Below, piece after piece: positions 1-13,085 of a stretch of DNA of 64,000 nt. A program made the translations under genes and the position numbers. Source of the DNA: Eledone cirrhosa (taxonomy: Eukaryota); contig OZ024740.1 of NCBI GenBank assembly GCA_964016885.1, forward strand, positions 402,132,001 through 402,196,000, written 5' to 3'. The notes below the pieces were generated by a model. That model saw nothing but the letters and a program-made list of their open reading frames with translations, was not told the DNA's origin and searched no databases. Numbering within the stretch: the stretch's first letter is position 1; every line of letters begins with the position of its first letter.

Positions 1-61
1 TGTTGGATTTGAACTCAGAATGCAAACTGCCGAAACAAATGAAGTAAAGCATTTTGACTGG

Positions 62-162
62 CGCTTTAGCCATTTTAAAAAATGCTTTAGCCATTTTCAA
101 AGATGCTTTAGCCATTTTCAAAGATGCTTTAGCCATTTTGAAAGATATTTTAGCCATTTTGC
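62..162. repeat. Tandem ~21-bp repeat (gatgctttagccattttcaaa) x5 inside a degenerate SINE
   Basis: Five consecutive tttagccatttt units visible at 62-162. Confidence 0.85.
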
Positions 163-740
163 CAATCAGTTCTAAATAAAGTTAAATAGGATTGTTGCTT
201 TCAACAAATGGCTACCAAAATCAAATCGATTTCAATCACCAGTGATGATACATTACAAAATGCTGATCAACAGATCTTATTAAATTTGTTTTTTTTTTAT
301 TTGAAACCCCGATAGAAGGCGTCCTCATGCGGCTGCCTAGAGATTAAAATAGTCGTAATGATGTTTTTTGTTTATTATATATACATTTTAAACACCTTTA
401 TTAATGTATATATATACATAAATTATGGCCACGAATTTCACCTCAAACAGGGAATTATTTTCAAACTAATAAATGACTCCTCGTGTAACTCAGAGAATTT
501 AATATACATATTTATAACACATTAATTTCTAACATAATATTGCTATGAACACTATATGTTCAAGAAGTCCTGACATTCCGATGAACCATGAGAGTTGACT
601 GTCAACAAATTAGGGATCAATATAACAGAAAGAAACACCCCAGCTAACATATAGAGAATTACGGAGGACGATATGTGCCAAAAATCGATGTTTTCTCATA
701 CTGTCAATGCTAATTTGTATATACGAGTACCAACAGGAAC

Positions 741-1387
741 ATTAATTATATGCAAATTAGTACGTCCTAAGAGCGATTTGGTACATAAAGCCATCAAATA
801 TATCTTTCCTAAATTAAATGATATACACGTCTGCTGAAAAAGGTTCCTTAAGATCTGAAAATCGATTAGAGGTATTTATCAATTTTACAATTTACAGGGT
901 AATTAGTATTTTCTGGCATGTTTAAATGCCTACATATTAGATAAATATGAATATTTATACACGTTGTTGCAGTCTCGGTTAAGCACTCTGTATTTATACA
1001 CATATAACTTTATCATTCACTTCGGGTGCTAGGGCACTTCTCAATAATCTGTTAATTACGAGCACGGGCAGTAATTATATGCAAATTCGTACGATCATTT
1101 CAGAATAATACGACGAGCGTATTTGTATATATACCCAGCAAATACATGATTCCTTATGGTCAATCGGATGACATACACGTCTTCTGATGAGGGTCCAGTT
1201 AGAAAAAACATTCGATCGTTTTTTTTCACTTTACAGAGTCTTTACATTCCTATGTTCTGGCATGTTTTCATACCTACATATTAGATATGTGTATATATTT
1301 ATACGCATTGTGGCAGCCTAGGTTACACACTATATTTATACAGATAAAACTTTATCATTCACTTCAGCTGCTAACATACTTCTCAAT
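741..1387 (+). repeat. Diverged tandem duplication, unit ~330-340 bp, each unit with a degenerate hammerhead-like core
   Basis: taattatatgcaaatt at ~743 and ~1072; cattcactt...cttctcaat at ~1014-1045 and ~1356-1387; ctgatgagggtcc at ~1184. Confidence 0.75.
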
Positions 1388-1491
1388 GCACACAAACGCA
1401 TACACATACGCACATATTTATATATATAAATAAATATGTATGTATGAATTTATCTACTGCCATATATGTGTGAGGGATGGGGTGTACAAAC

Positions 1492-1528
<37 letters not shown>

Positions 1529-1875
1529 TATATACAGACTTATGCTTGTACGTATTTATATATATAATCACACACATATATATAGGCATAGTACCCAGCA
1601 CACATGTCTACTTATACGTACATTGAGATTCTTGTGGGAGTAAGTTAAGAAATACGTGAAGAATTCTTTGCATTATATCCCTAAGTAACGTTAACATTAC
1701 ATTATCACTATCGTTTGTTAAAGTGAGCGTGCATAAAGATACACAAATATATACTTCTGCGCGCACATGCATGCACTCAGGCACGCGCATATGTATATAT
1801 ATATATCTGTGTGTGTGTGTGTGTGTGAGAGAGAGAATGTGTGTGAGTGTCTCTGTGTGTGTATATATATATATG

Positions 1876-2062
1876 GATATTGTAAATGTCGCGACTCAAC
1901 GGCCGAGCTCTTCCCGTTTCACAGCTAGTTCCAGACTGGAAGTAGCTGTCGAGACGACAAGAGATCAGCTGTTGGGTTCCGTCTCTTTATCACATAACAA
2001 TACTCTACTGACCCAAGTCTGTTGAGAAATCATCTAACCAGTACCTCAATGTTTCCATCCGG

Positions 2063-2066
<4 letters not shown>
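1876..2066. mobile_element. Small fold-back element between (TA)n tracts, distant relative of the 51.1 kb family
   Basis: Imperfect inverted repeat ~1894-1980 centred on ttccag/ctggaa; shares the gaaacgg..gagctc..gccgt motif. Confidence 0.55.
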
Positions 2067-2107
<41 letters not shown>

Positions 2108-2112
<5 letters not shown>

Positions 2113-2485
2113 GGAAAGAATGAAACGAAATTTCATTTCCCACTCTTAGTACGGCTGTTACTTAAATATAAGTATGTATACGTACATACATATATGCAAA
2201 CAGACGTACAGTAGTATGTATATATATATACATACATGCACACATATATATATGTACGTGTTGTCAGTGTTGAACAAAAGGGCAACGATGGTTGCGAAAC
2301 ACTGTACGGCTTAATTCGGGATGTTTGTTTACAAACAAACCGAGCATTATAATAAATGTTCGGTAAATCCATACGTACATTTATATATATGTGTGAATGT
2401 ATGTATATATATACATACTAGTGTACGTCTGTATACATATATGTATGCACGTGTACATACTTATATATATATATATATATATATA
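2108..2485. mobile_element. Truncated fold-back copy of the 32.4 kb hammerhead element family
   Basis: 2108-2255 matches 32402-32550; 2261-2375 matches 33071-33185; flanked by (TA)n. Confidence 0.85.
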
Positions 2486-3041
2486 GTACGATCGTATGAA
2501 TTGAAATGTGTATCCGGCAAACGCGGTTTGTGTACATCTACTTTAAATTAACTAAGCAGAAATAATTGATGTAGTTACTCAAGTGCAAGCTGATAATTTT
2601 TAAGAGGAATACCAACAACACGTTCAGCTATAGCAACAGCAGCGGAAACAAAAAACACCTAATCTAACAATTCATTAGGCAGGCAACAGATAACTTAGTA
2701 ATTTAAGTTTGCTCATTCATCAGTCTTTATATACAGTGCTTTAAGAAGATAAATTCATGGAAGCTGAAGGCATATAACACCCACGCATGTGTGTGTGTGT
2801 GTGTCGGTGTGTGTGTATGTGTGTGTGTGTGTGTGTGTTTGTGTGTGACACGCGCACTCACACACAAATAAAATGTATATATATATATTTCTCTCTATAT
2901 ATATATAATGTTTTTTTTCTTTCAGTTTACAGGAAAATTCATAATTTTTGGCATGATTACATGTGTAGATATAAAAAAATTGTGTATGTTTCTATACCCT
3001 TCGGTGCAGTTTCAGTTGCTTACTGAGATATAACTTTATAT

Positions 3042-3309
3042 CCACGACGTTTTTTTCCGTTAGGATGGAGGAAACGTTTTTCCGTTGGGATGGAGGCCAA
3101 CTGAAAACGTGGCTTACGACAGTGAGGCAAGACTCCGAACTGACCTTAGGCCCACGCCTGTGCTGGGTTCGGCGATGGAACCGCGAATGGCTGACACTCA
3201 TATCTTCGATAGCGTCGGACCCTCGTGCTTGGTCGGCCTTCATTCGTGACACGGTAAATTCGTTGGATGGAGCCGGCTCAACCGACCCAGGAGGAATGCC
3301 GCCACACAC
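3042..3309 (+). mobile_element. 5'-truncated RTE-clade LINE 3' fragment with 14-bp TSD
   Basis: GGQLKTWLTTVRQD...RRWNREW...AWSAFIRD resembles an RTE ORF C-terminus; TSD atataactttatat at 3028-3041 and 3310-3323. Confidence 0.7.
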
Positions 3310-3344
3310 ATATAACTTTATATATATACATAAAACAAAGAGGT

Positions 3345-3575
<231 letters not shown>

Positions 3576-3643
3576 CAAGGTCTAGCAAATAGACAAAAAG
3601 TTTTAAATAAATTTAAAAAAACCTCGCTGTAGTTACTATATGT

Positions 3644-3725
3644 GCCTTTACCGCGGTTTCATGCTCCAGAATAAACGGAAAATCCAAGCGGATTTCCATT
3701 GAGAAGGGAGCAATCTTCAGAAGGC
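3644..3725 (-). ncRNA. Minimal type-I hammerhead ribozyme within a ~265-bp insert (3571-3837) between (TA)n tracts
   Basis: Minus strand: GCCUU-CUGAAGA-U-UGCUCC...GGAGCA-U-GAAAC-CGCG-GUA^-AAGGC; perfect stems I and II, palindromic stem III ACCGCGGU. Confidence 0.85.
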
Positions 3726-3836
3726 TCTTCTCCCTCGGATAATATAAAATTCCCGATTTCAAATCACAGACCGACGCCATACAAAACCATTCCCAAATGA
3801 GAGCGGATGATGAAAGAAAGAATTCTGTCTGGTGCC

Positions 3837-4321
<485 letters not shown>

Positions 4322-4349
4322 GATTGTATTCAGCCATGTAGAGCGATAA

Positions 4350-4381
<32 letters not shown>

Positions 4382-4407
4382 GTGGCTAATAAATAAAATC
4401 ATTATTT

Positions 4408-4698
4408 TGCCGAGGTTGACTTTGCCTTTCATCCTTACGGGGTCGATAAAATAAAGTACCAGTAATGCACTGGGTAATTGCTGGCCTTGTGCCTAAAGTA
4501 GAAACAATTATTATTATTATTATTATTGTGAATCGGCAGTATCGGTAGAGGGTCGGACGCTATGCTTTGACGCATAGAGTTACGGCCCTTGCCATTCTGA
4601 TTTCAAATCCCGCCGAGGTTAACCTTGCCTTTCATCCTTACGGGGTCGATAAAATAAAGTATCAGTAATGCACTGGGATAATTGATGGCCTTGTGCCT
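4408..4698 (+). mobile_element. Two tRNA-derived SINE copies (Meta-domain-like body)
   Basis: Body gcctttcatccttacggggtcgataaaataaagtaccag; tail gtgcctaaagtagaaacaat(tat)n. Confidence 0.85.
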
Positions 4699-4849
4699 TA
4701 AAATAATGGTTTACTTGAAATGTGCAAATCTCCCGAGTTTCAATGTCGGAAATAGTACATGATGGCTATAGCGTGAATGATAGTGACGTTGTTGTTTTTT
4801 GTTTGGGTGGGTGAGGGGGGGGGGGGGGTGTATCAGGCACAACTTACTC

Positions 4850-5110
4850 ACCACATTTGGCCAATTGCGGATTGGTATGGATATTTAACCCATAGTTGGG
4901 ATGGATAGCCGTGTATTCTGAGGGGTTCATCCGCTTTTGTTAACCTCCTTATCAGACCAGGGTATGAAGGAGGAGCCGGTTTAGTTGCAGACCACTCGAT
5001 CATAACGCAGGTCGATTTGAGGCTGATATACTTTCCGTGACCATATAGAGCCATCCACGTTGAATTGATGATCGTTCTATTGGAAGTTAGAGCGAAAGAG
5101 ATAGCTCTGA
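4850..5110 (-). mobile_element. Probable RTE-clade LINE 5' end fragment
   Basis: GC-richer segment with actaaaccggc...ccttcataccctggtc; layout parallels the RTE 5' end at 24843-24935. Confidence 0.4.
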
Positions 5111-5132
5111 TAATGATAATAAAAGATAGATA

Positions 5133-5520
5133 TATTTCTTTATTTGCCACAAGGGCGCACAAGAAAAGGGGACAATACGAAGACATATGGCAGGGGTTTT
5201 ATTTACAGTCGTGTAAAAAAAGTTTTAACATAAAATATAACAATAGAAATCCCCAGTAGGGAGTAGGTGTTACAGATGGGTTGCTTTATACCCCGTAGAT
5301 AGAACAACCCTCAACTGCAGGAGCATGTTGTGTAAGTACTCCTTTCTTCCTTTTGTTCTTCTCTTCAACCTACAGGCTTATATATAGAGAAGGTCCAATC
5401 ACTCCGGCCATTTTTGCCACATTCACCCACCTTTCAGTAAATTTACTGGGGTACAGTACCTCTCTCTCCACTTTGATTCTCCTTCTAAAGTGGTACCTAA
5501 AGAAGAGTTTGAGTTGTTGT
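5133..5520 (-). mobile_element. Tx1-clade LINE, 5'-truncated 3' end (copy 1)
   Basis: Homologous to the ORF2 C-terminus and 3' UTR of the 12871-18693 element; TSD ataaaagatagata (5119-5132) / atgaaagatagata (5521-5534). Confidence 0.9.
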
Positions 5521-5777
5521 ATGAAAGATAGATAGGGACTAAATGAGAAGACGAGTGAAGATAAAAGGAAAATAAATTAAGTTATTATAAAGAGGATATG
5601 GAAGGATGAGAGGGGTGAATTCCAATTAGAGGCGGGGCATATCAATGATGCTATTGAAGATACAGGAAATTCTTTTCTTGCCATTAATGAATCTATAGTG
5701 GGAAATAGATATTTGCTGATGAAGATGGACGAAACTGAATATATTGATGTTGCTCCTACTCTGCCGTTACCGATGGT

Positions 5778-5970
5778 AATAATTGTTTCTACTTTTAGCA
5801 CACAGTCAGTAATTATCCCAGTGCATTACTGGTACTTTATTTTAGATACCCTGTAAGGATGAAAGGCAAAGTTAACTTCGGCGGGATTTGAAATCAGATC
5901 ATAAAGAGCCGTTACTCTATGCTGAAAGCATGACGCCCGACCCTCTACCGATACTGACAATCCACCGCCT
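5778..5970 (-). mobile_element. Full-length tRNA-derived SINE
   Basis: Reverse complement of the SINE head (A/B boxes), body and tail. Confidence 0.85.
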
Positions 5971-6228
5971 TTATAATTCTTTCTGTTTACCACATAGGTA
6001 AAATGTGGGGAGACATTACAATGATAATTTTAAAAAAAACGTAGGAGTTTTTTTGGTAATGGGAAACAAAAGAAAGATATGCATGGAAAACAAGTGTACA
6101 GAGGGAATAAAATAACATGACGCTATAAGCAACTCAGCCACATAGAACCCTCCAACGAACCGCATAAATCCCGAATAATTATGAATATATAGGATTTGTG
6201 CCATCACAAACTTAGCAATAATTAACAT

Positions 6229-6785
6229 ACGAACAACAGCGAAACCACCAAAACCACCACTACCACCATCACCCCTACCACCAACACCAACACCAACACT
6301 ACCACCAACACCAACACCAACACCGCCAACAACACCAGCACTGCCAACAACACCAACACCACCAACACCAACACCACCAACACCAGCACTACCAACAACA
6401 CCAACACCACCAACAACACCACCACCACCAACACCAACACCACCACTACCACAAACACCACCAACACCAACACCACCAACACCACCACTACCAACAACAC
6501 CACCAACACCAACACCACCACTACCACAAACACCACCAATACCAACACCAACACCAACACCACCAACAGCACCACTACCACCAATACCAACACCACCAAC
6601 ACCACCACCACCACCACCACTACCACCAACACCAACACCATCAACACCATCAAAACCACCAACACCACTAACACCAACACCACCAACACGACAACCACCA
6701 ACACCAACAACACGACCACCACCAACACCACCAACACCAACACCACCAACACCACCAACACCACCAACACCAACACCAACACAAC
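6229..6785. repeat. Cryptic (ACC/AAC)n trinucleotide array
   Basis: Mixed acc/aac/act triplets over ~550 bp; gives a spurious poly-V/L ORF. Confidence 0.9.
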
Positions 6786-7019
6786 ACAGATGAAGATTTC
6801 TTTGAAATAATTACAATAAGGATGATAATTGCTGCCAATGTTGACAAATCACAATGCCGTTTATTCCAGAAGATGTGCAGGAATATGAATTCCTGTCATT
6901 TCTTTAATTGTTTGGTTGAATATAAAATTTCCCGTTGGAGAATATTTTCTGTATTATTTTATATTGTTACGTTATACTTTACCATTTCCACATTCCAGTT
7001 TTTATTTCACGTCTCTCAC

Positions 7020-7375
7020 TCAAGACATTCTCTGCCTATGACCAATTCCACACCTCTCTCACTCTCTCTATCTCTCACTCTCCCTCAAACTCACTCTCTC
7101 TATCTCTCCCTCTCCCTCTCACTCATTCTCTCTATCCCTCTTGCACTCCCTCTCTCATTCTCTATCTCTCTTGCACTCTCTCTCTCTCTGTCTCTTTCTT
7201 CTATGTCTCTCTCTCTCTCTGCTTCTTTCTTCTATGTCTCACCTTCTATCTATCTCTGTCTCTTTCTTCTATGTCTCTCTTTCTCTCTCTCTCTCTCTCT
7301 TTCTCTTTCTTCTAAGTCTCTCTTTCTATCTCTCACTCTCTCTGTTTCTTTCTTCCATCTCTCGCTCTCTCCCTC

Positions 7376-7436
<61 letters not shown>

Positions 7437-7560
7437 CTAAGTCTCTCTTTCTATCTCTCACTCTCTCTGTTTCTTTCTTCTATCTCTCTCCCTCTCTCTC
7501 TCGCTCTCTTTCTTCCATGTCTCTCTTTCTATCTCTCTCAACTCCATACATTTCTTTCCT
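7020..7560. repeat. Degenerate (CT)n polypyrimidine tract with internal ~120-bp duplications
   Basis: ttctaagtctctctttctatctctcactctctctgtttcttt repeated at ~7310 and ~7435. Confidence 0.85.
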
Positions 7561-7698
7561 GCTTATTTTCTCTTTCACTACAAGTATTTCTCTTCTCAAA
7601 TATTATATTTCCCCAAGCTTACTGTTACAGTATTTGTCTTTATCCTACACACACATAGACACACTAATATCTATCTGTCGCACAATACATATATACCT

Positions 7699-7785
<87 letters not shown>

Positions 7786-7925
7786 TGCGTGTTTGTGATA
7801 GAGAGAGCGCGGGAGAGAAAGTCTTTACTCAATATATTTGTTTGAAAATATTTGTCATTGTATGCTTGACAGGAATCGATAATCGAAATTCGCATCTCTC
7901 TCTCTCCACATCTCCCCCATTTTTC

Positions 7926-8008
<83 letters not shown>

Positions 8009-8649
8009 TATATGTATATATATATAATATTAATATTATATATATATATATATGTATATATATGTATATATATGTATATATACATAATATAATTGTTTCT
8101 ACTTTAGGCACAAGATATATAATTGTAATAATAACATATAATACCTATATAATGTATGTGTGTGTGTGTTTTCCTTTCCTTTCCTTGTCCCTTCATGCAT
8201 TTCAGTTGCAATGTTGTATCTCTCTCCCCCTTCTATCTCTCCCTCGCCCTCTCTCTATCTCTCTACCTCTGCCTCTCTCTCTCTCCCTTGTATATTATTC
8301 ATTATAATTATTTTATGTTATTTGTTCCATTTCTTCTACTTTCTGTGTTCAGTTATATTTCCTATATACTGTGTTTATCCCTTTCACTTCTATGTTTTTT
8401 CTTTTGTAGCCACTTGATTTCCTTTTTCATTACTATTTTGTGATGTTTTGTTACTCTATTTCATTTCTTCTTTATACTTTTATCTATTATTTTGCGCAAC
8501 ACTGAATGATATTTATATATTTACGTGTGTGTACTTGCGTGTGTGCCTGTGTGTGTGTGTGTGTGTGTGAATTTATGTAGGTATATATATATATATATAT
8601 ATATTTATTTATATGCATCTATATATATATATAATACACACACATATAT

Positions 8650-8682
<33 letters not shown>

Positions 8683-9075
8683 CATACACACACACACACA
8701 CACATATATTTCTATATCCCATAAAATCGATTCCAGCTCGAAGTATCCGGTTTGTCTGCGATGCAATAAAATTTCTAGTAATGAGCAGGAAGGTATTTTC
8801 ATTGGAGCAAGAGGAAACAGTTGCTTGGAACAAGACAAAAGCAGACCGTTCTGCTTCCTTTATGATGAACAGGAATAAAAAATATATTTGTGAAAACAAA
8901 TAAAATAATATAAATCCAGAAGGAAAATATTTTTTACTCCATTTCTAATATAACGTACAGAAAATAAAATTTTACCTTATTGGCTGGAGCTGCGTTTCGC
9001 CACACACATCCCCATTGTTTACTGTAAGGATATGCAAGCATACACACACACACACACACATACACACACACACAC

Positions 9076-9120
<45 letters not shown>

Positions 9121-9418
9121 TATATATTATGTATATAGGTGGCATTCTATGTGTGTATGTAAATGTGTATGCCCGTGGATTTATAAAAATGTATATATCT
9201 ATGTACATTTGTATACACATTCCTACGCATAAACACATACTCACACATACGTAAATATATACACACGCACACGCACGCACACACACACACACACACGCAT
9301 ACATAGACACACATATGTATATATATATATATATATATACACGAAACGTGCTTGTGTTTGTGTTTATACATATAATCACAAATTGATATGTATATATATA
9401 TTGTTAAATAGATAGATA

Positions 9419-10256
9419 AATTTCTTTATTAGCCACAAGGGCACAAAAGAAGTGGACAAATACAAATGAGGAGTTTACATACAGTATATGAAAATAAAAC
9501 TATTAATACAATAACAAATAACAATTGAAATCCCAATAGGGGGGAGGTGTTACACAGGGGTTTTACACACGCCGAAAAAAAGTACAAACCTCATCTCCAG
9601 GAGCACCAAGCGTGAGTACTCCCTTCCTCTCTTCCTCTTTTTCTTCAACCTACTGGCTTATATAGAGAGAAGGCCAAACCACTCGGGCCATCTTTGCCAC
9701 ATTCACCCACTTTTTATAAAATTTGCTGGGGTACAGCACCTCTCTCTCCATCCTGATTCTTCTTCCAAATTGATATTTGAAAAAACGAATCAGTTGCTCG
9801 CCGGAGAGAAAGGTGTCTGACCTCAGCCCTTTTAACTTCGTCCACCATATAACCTCTTTCACCATAGCCATAACACATAGGAAAACCGCCTCTCCCTCGT
9901 TTTTGAAGGAGGGCGGCGGTTTGATCATGACAATGGACGCGGGGGTCAACTGGATTGGTCCCACCCGCGACAATAGTCGTTCTACATAGCCCCACAGGTC
10001 GGTAACGCCCGGGCAGTGTACAAATGCGTGTGCGACGGGTTCCGCGTCGCGCACGCAACTTGGACAGATCTTTTTCGAGGGGTCCCTACCCGGGCCCCCG
10101 TGTTTGTAGAGCTTGTCTCAAACTGGTAGAGCTCTTCGGTAGCACTGCCAGGCCAGGGACTTTTGGAAGTTGTCCATTGGTCCCGTGCGGAAGGTCCTAC
10201 CGAACAGACTGGCCAGTTCGTCCTCCTCTACGCCTAGAGTTTCTCCGAGCATGTCA
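9419..10256 (-). mobile_element. Tx1-clade LINE, 5'-truncated (copy 2)
   Basis: ORF 9650-10054 matches the ORF2 zinc-finger C-terminus; TSD ttaaatagatagata at 9404-9418 and 10257-10271. Confidence 0.92.
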
Positions 10257-10323
10257 TTAAATAGATAGATAGATAGATAAACAGATAGATAGATAGATCA
10301 ATAGATAGATAGATACATAGATA

Positions 10324-12674
10324 TATTTCTTTATTTGCCACGAGTGCGCACAAAAAAAGGGGATTTTACATACAGTCGTGTGAAAAAAAAATATAAAACA
10401 AACAAACAGTTATAACAATCGAAATCCCCAATAGGGGGGAGACGTCACAAATGGGTTGTTTAATACCCCGTCGATTGAACAACCCTCAACTTCAGGAGCG
10501 TGTTGTGCAAGTGCTCCCTTCTTCCTTTTGCTCTCTTCTTTAACCTACAAGCATATAAACAGAGAAGGCCCAATCACTCGGGCCATTTTCGCTTCATTCA
10601 CCCACATTTCAGTAAATTTACTGGGGTGCAGTGCCTCACTCCCCACTCTGATTGTTCTTCTAAAGTGATACTTAAAGAAGGGAATCAATTGTTGTCCGGA
10701 GAGAAAGGCATCTGTCCTCAGTCCTCTCAATCTCGTCCACCATATAACCTCTTTCATCATAGCCACTGTACAAAGGAATACCGCCTCTCTTTCGTTTTGA
10801 AAGAGGTTGGCGGTTTGATCCTTAGTATGGACTCGGCAAGCAACTGGATTTGTCCCATATGCGACAGCAGTTGTTCTGCATAGTTCCACAGATGCGTTCC
10901 CTCTTGGTGAGGTATTCAAGGGGACAAGGCACGACAGTCAAGCGGTAGTAGACGACGGACGCTATGAAAGTGTTCGCCACCTCCGCTCGACCTTTCAAAG
11001 ACAGTTTGCACTCTGCCCACTTCTGGGTGAGCGCAAATACCTTGGCCAAGACCTCGTTCTAGTTTTTGTCCACCTGGAGGTTTGGACCGAACCAGAGCCC
11101 GAGCAATTTCACCGGTCCTTCCGTCCAGTGTCCGACGACGCTGTCGGACGGCATCAGTTTTCCTCTCCACGTTCCGAGTTGCAAACCGACAGACTTGTCC
11201 GGGTTCAGTTTTGCTCCTTTGAACCTTTCGTATTCCCGTAGTAGGTTGCCGATTACCTCGATTTCCGAGATTTTCGACACCATTACATTCACGTCGTCGG
11301 CATAAGCCGACGCTGCTTTTCGCATTCCCGGTTCTAAAGGGATGCCCTGCAAAAGCTCCAACTTCCGCAGTAGTGTCTCTAGAGTCAATACGTACAGAAT
11401 GGAGGAGAGAGGGCATCCCTGTCGAATGGAACGCGTGATTGCGAACGGCTCCGATAGGTAGCTGTTCACCTTGACCTTCGAGCAGATGCTGGTGTGCATC
11501 GCCTTGATCCAGCCTCTGAAAACGGGACTGAAACCGGCCGCCTTGAGAACCGTTTCCAAGTATCGATGGTCGACCCTATCGAATGCCTTAGACGGATCTA
11601 AATTGATCAGAGCCCCACCGAAGCCGGGTTTACACCCCTCCCTCTCTATGATGTATCGCATGAGGTGGAGGTTGTCGTGTATTGACCTGGTCGGGATTGC
11701 ACATGTTTGCGCTTTCCCTACCAGGTTTTCGATGACAAGCGCCAGCCTCGTTGCTAGCACCTTGACCAAAATCTTTTACTCTGTGTTGAGCAGAGTTATG
11801 GGCCTGAAATTGTTTATTTCGTCCCCCTTGTTCTCGTCTTTCCTGATCAGCGTTACTACGCCCTTGCCTGCAGAACTGGGAATTGTCCCGTTCTGCTGCC
11901 AATTGCAGTAGATGGCTTCGAGGACGCCAGATAACATTCCGGCATGTCTATGTAAAACTCATAGGGTATACCATCTAGACCGAGTGATTTGCGTTTCCCG
12001 CAGTGGGCCAGAGCGTCCCCTATCTCAGTAGCTGTGATCGGTCTTTCTCAGAACTCGGCGTCCATGCTCGAGAGACGCGGCAGGCTGTCGATGTATGAAC
12101 CAAAGTTCATTGCCCCGTTCGGTGCATCGTCGTTCTGTTCAAACAGTCGCGCAAAGCACCGATGAAAGGCCTCGCACATATGCCTGGGATCAAGTAGCAC
12201 GCGTCCGTTTTGAAAGACCGAATCATGGACTTGTTGCCACTTTTCGCTTCCGCCACTCGGGCCCAGCTAACAGCTTTTGCTCAATCGTTTCCTAGAGCAC
12301 ATGATTTACTTCTGAACACGCAGCTTTCGTGTTTCGCGTCGAAGAACTGGTCCAGTGCCGTTCTCAATGCTAGCACTCTAGCTGCGTTGCCACTCCTAAG
12401 CGCCTCTTCTACTTTGGCTACTAGTTCTGTTTCTGAATTGTTTTTCTCGAAAGCTAATTCTCTGCTAAACCCTATCGATTCTACTCTAATTGCTCTCTTG
12501 AGTTAGTACCACCATATATTGTTGACGATGGCTCCCGTCAACTCTTGCTTAACTAATCTACTTATCCGTTCACTGTAGGCTTTTCGTGCCGGTAACGACA
12601 CGTTCAGCTTCCAGTATCCGGGTCTTTGTCTATGTATTCTATCACGGTTGACTATGCAGACGACTAGTTTGTGA
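10324..12674 (-). mobile_element. Decayed Tx1-clade LINE (copy 3), 5'-truncated, with an internal deletion near 10890
   Basis: RT motifs SKAFDRV, SIRQGCPLS, YADD in ORF 11059-11769; stops and frameshifts; jumps from KRERI to the zinc-finger region; (GATA)n at both ends. Confidence 0.92.
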
Positions 12675-12688
12675 TAGATAGATAGATA

Positions 12689-12862
12689 TCTTTCTTTATT
12701 TGCCACAGGGGCGTACAAAAATGGGACATTACAAGACGGCGGGGATTTTACATAAAAATAACTTTAACATTAATAAATAACAATAAACTATATATAATAA
12801 AATAACAATTGAAATCCACAGTAGGGGAAACGTTACTGCAGGGTTGTTTTACACTCCGTGAA
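12689..12862 (-). mobile_element. Tx1-clade LINE, 3' UTR-only copy (copy 4)
   Basis: tttctttatttgccacaggggcg terminus shared with the other copies; truncated at the ccgtRgatag motif. Confidence 0.85.
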
Positions 12863-13085
12863 TAGATAGATTTCTTTATTTACCATAAAGGCATAAAAAG
12901 AAGGGACAAATACAAAGGGGGAGTTTACATATAATCGAGTAAAAAGGGTGTAACATGAAAATAATCGAAAATAACCTCAAAAGGGAGGGGACGTGATGGG
13001 GGTTGCACACGCCCCCGAAAAAGTGTGCAATCCTTTGCCCGGGGAGCACATGGAGAAGGTGCTCCCCTCTCCTTTACTTCTTTAC

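Noticed and set aside
5577-5801. Segment open on both strands for ~65-74 codons
   Set aside because: No recognisable domain or clear splice sites; sandwiched between repeats.
6222-6782. 186-aa poly-V/L ORF, or a mucin-like Thr/Asn repeat on the + strand
   Set aside because: Low-complexity triplet array without convincing splice or start context.
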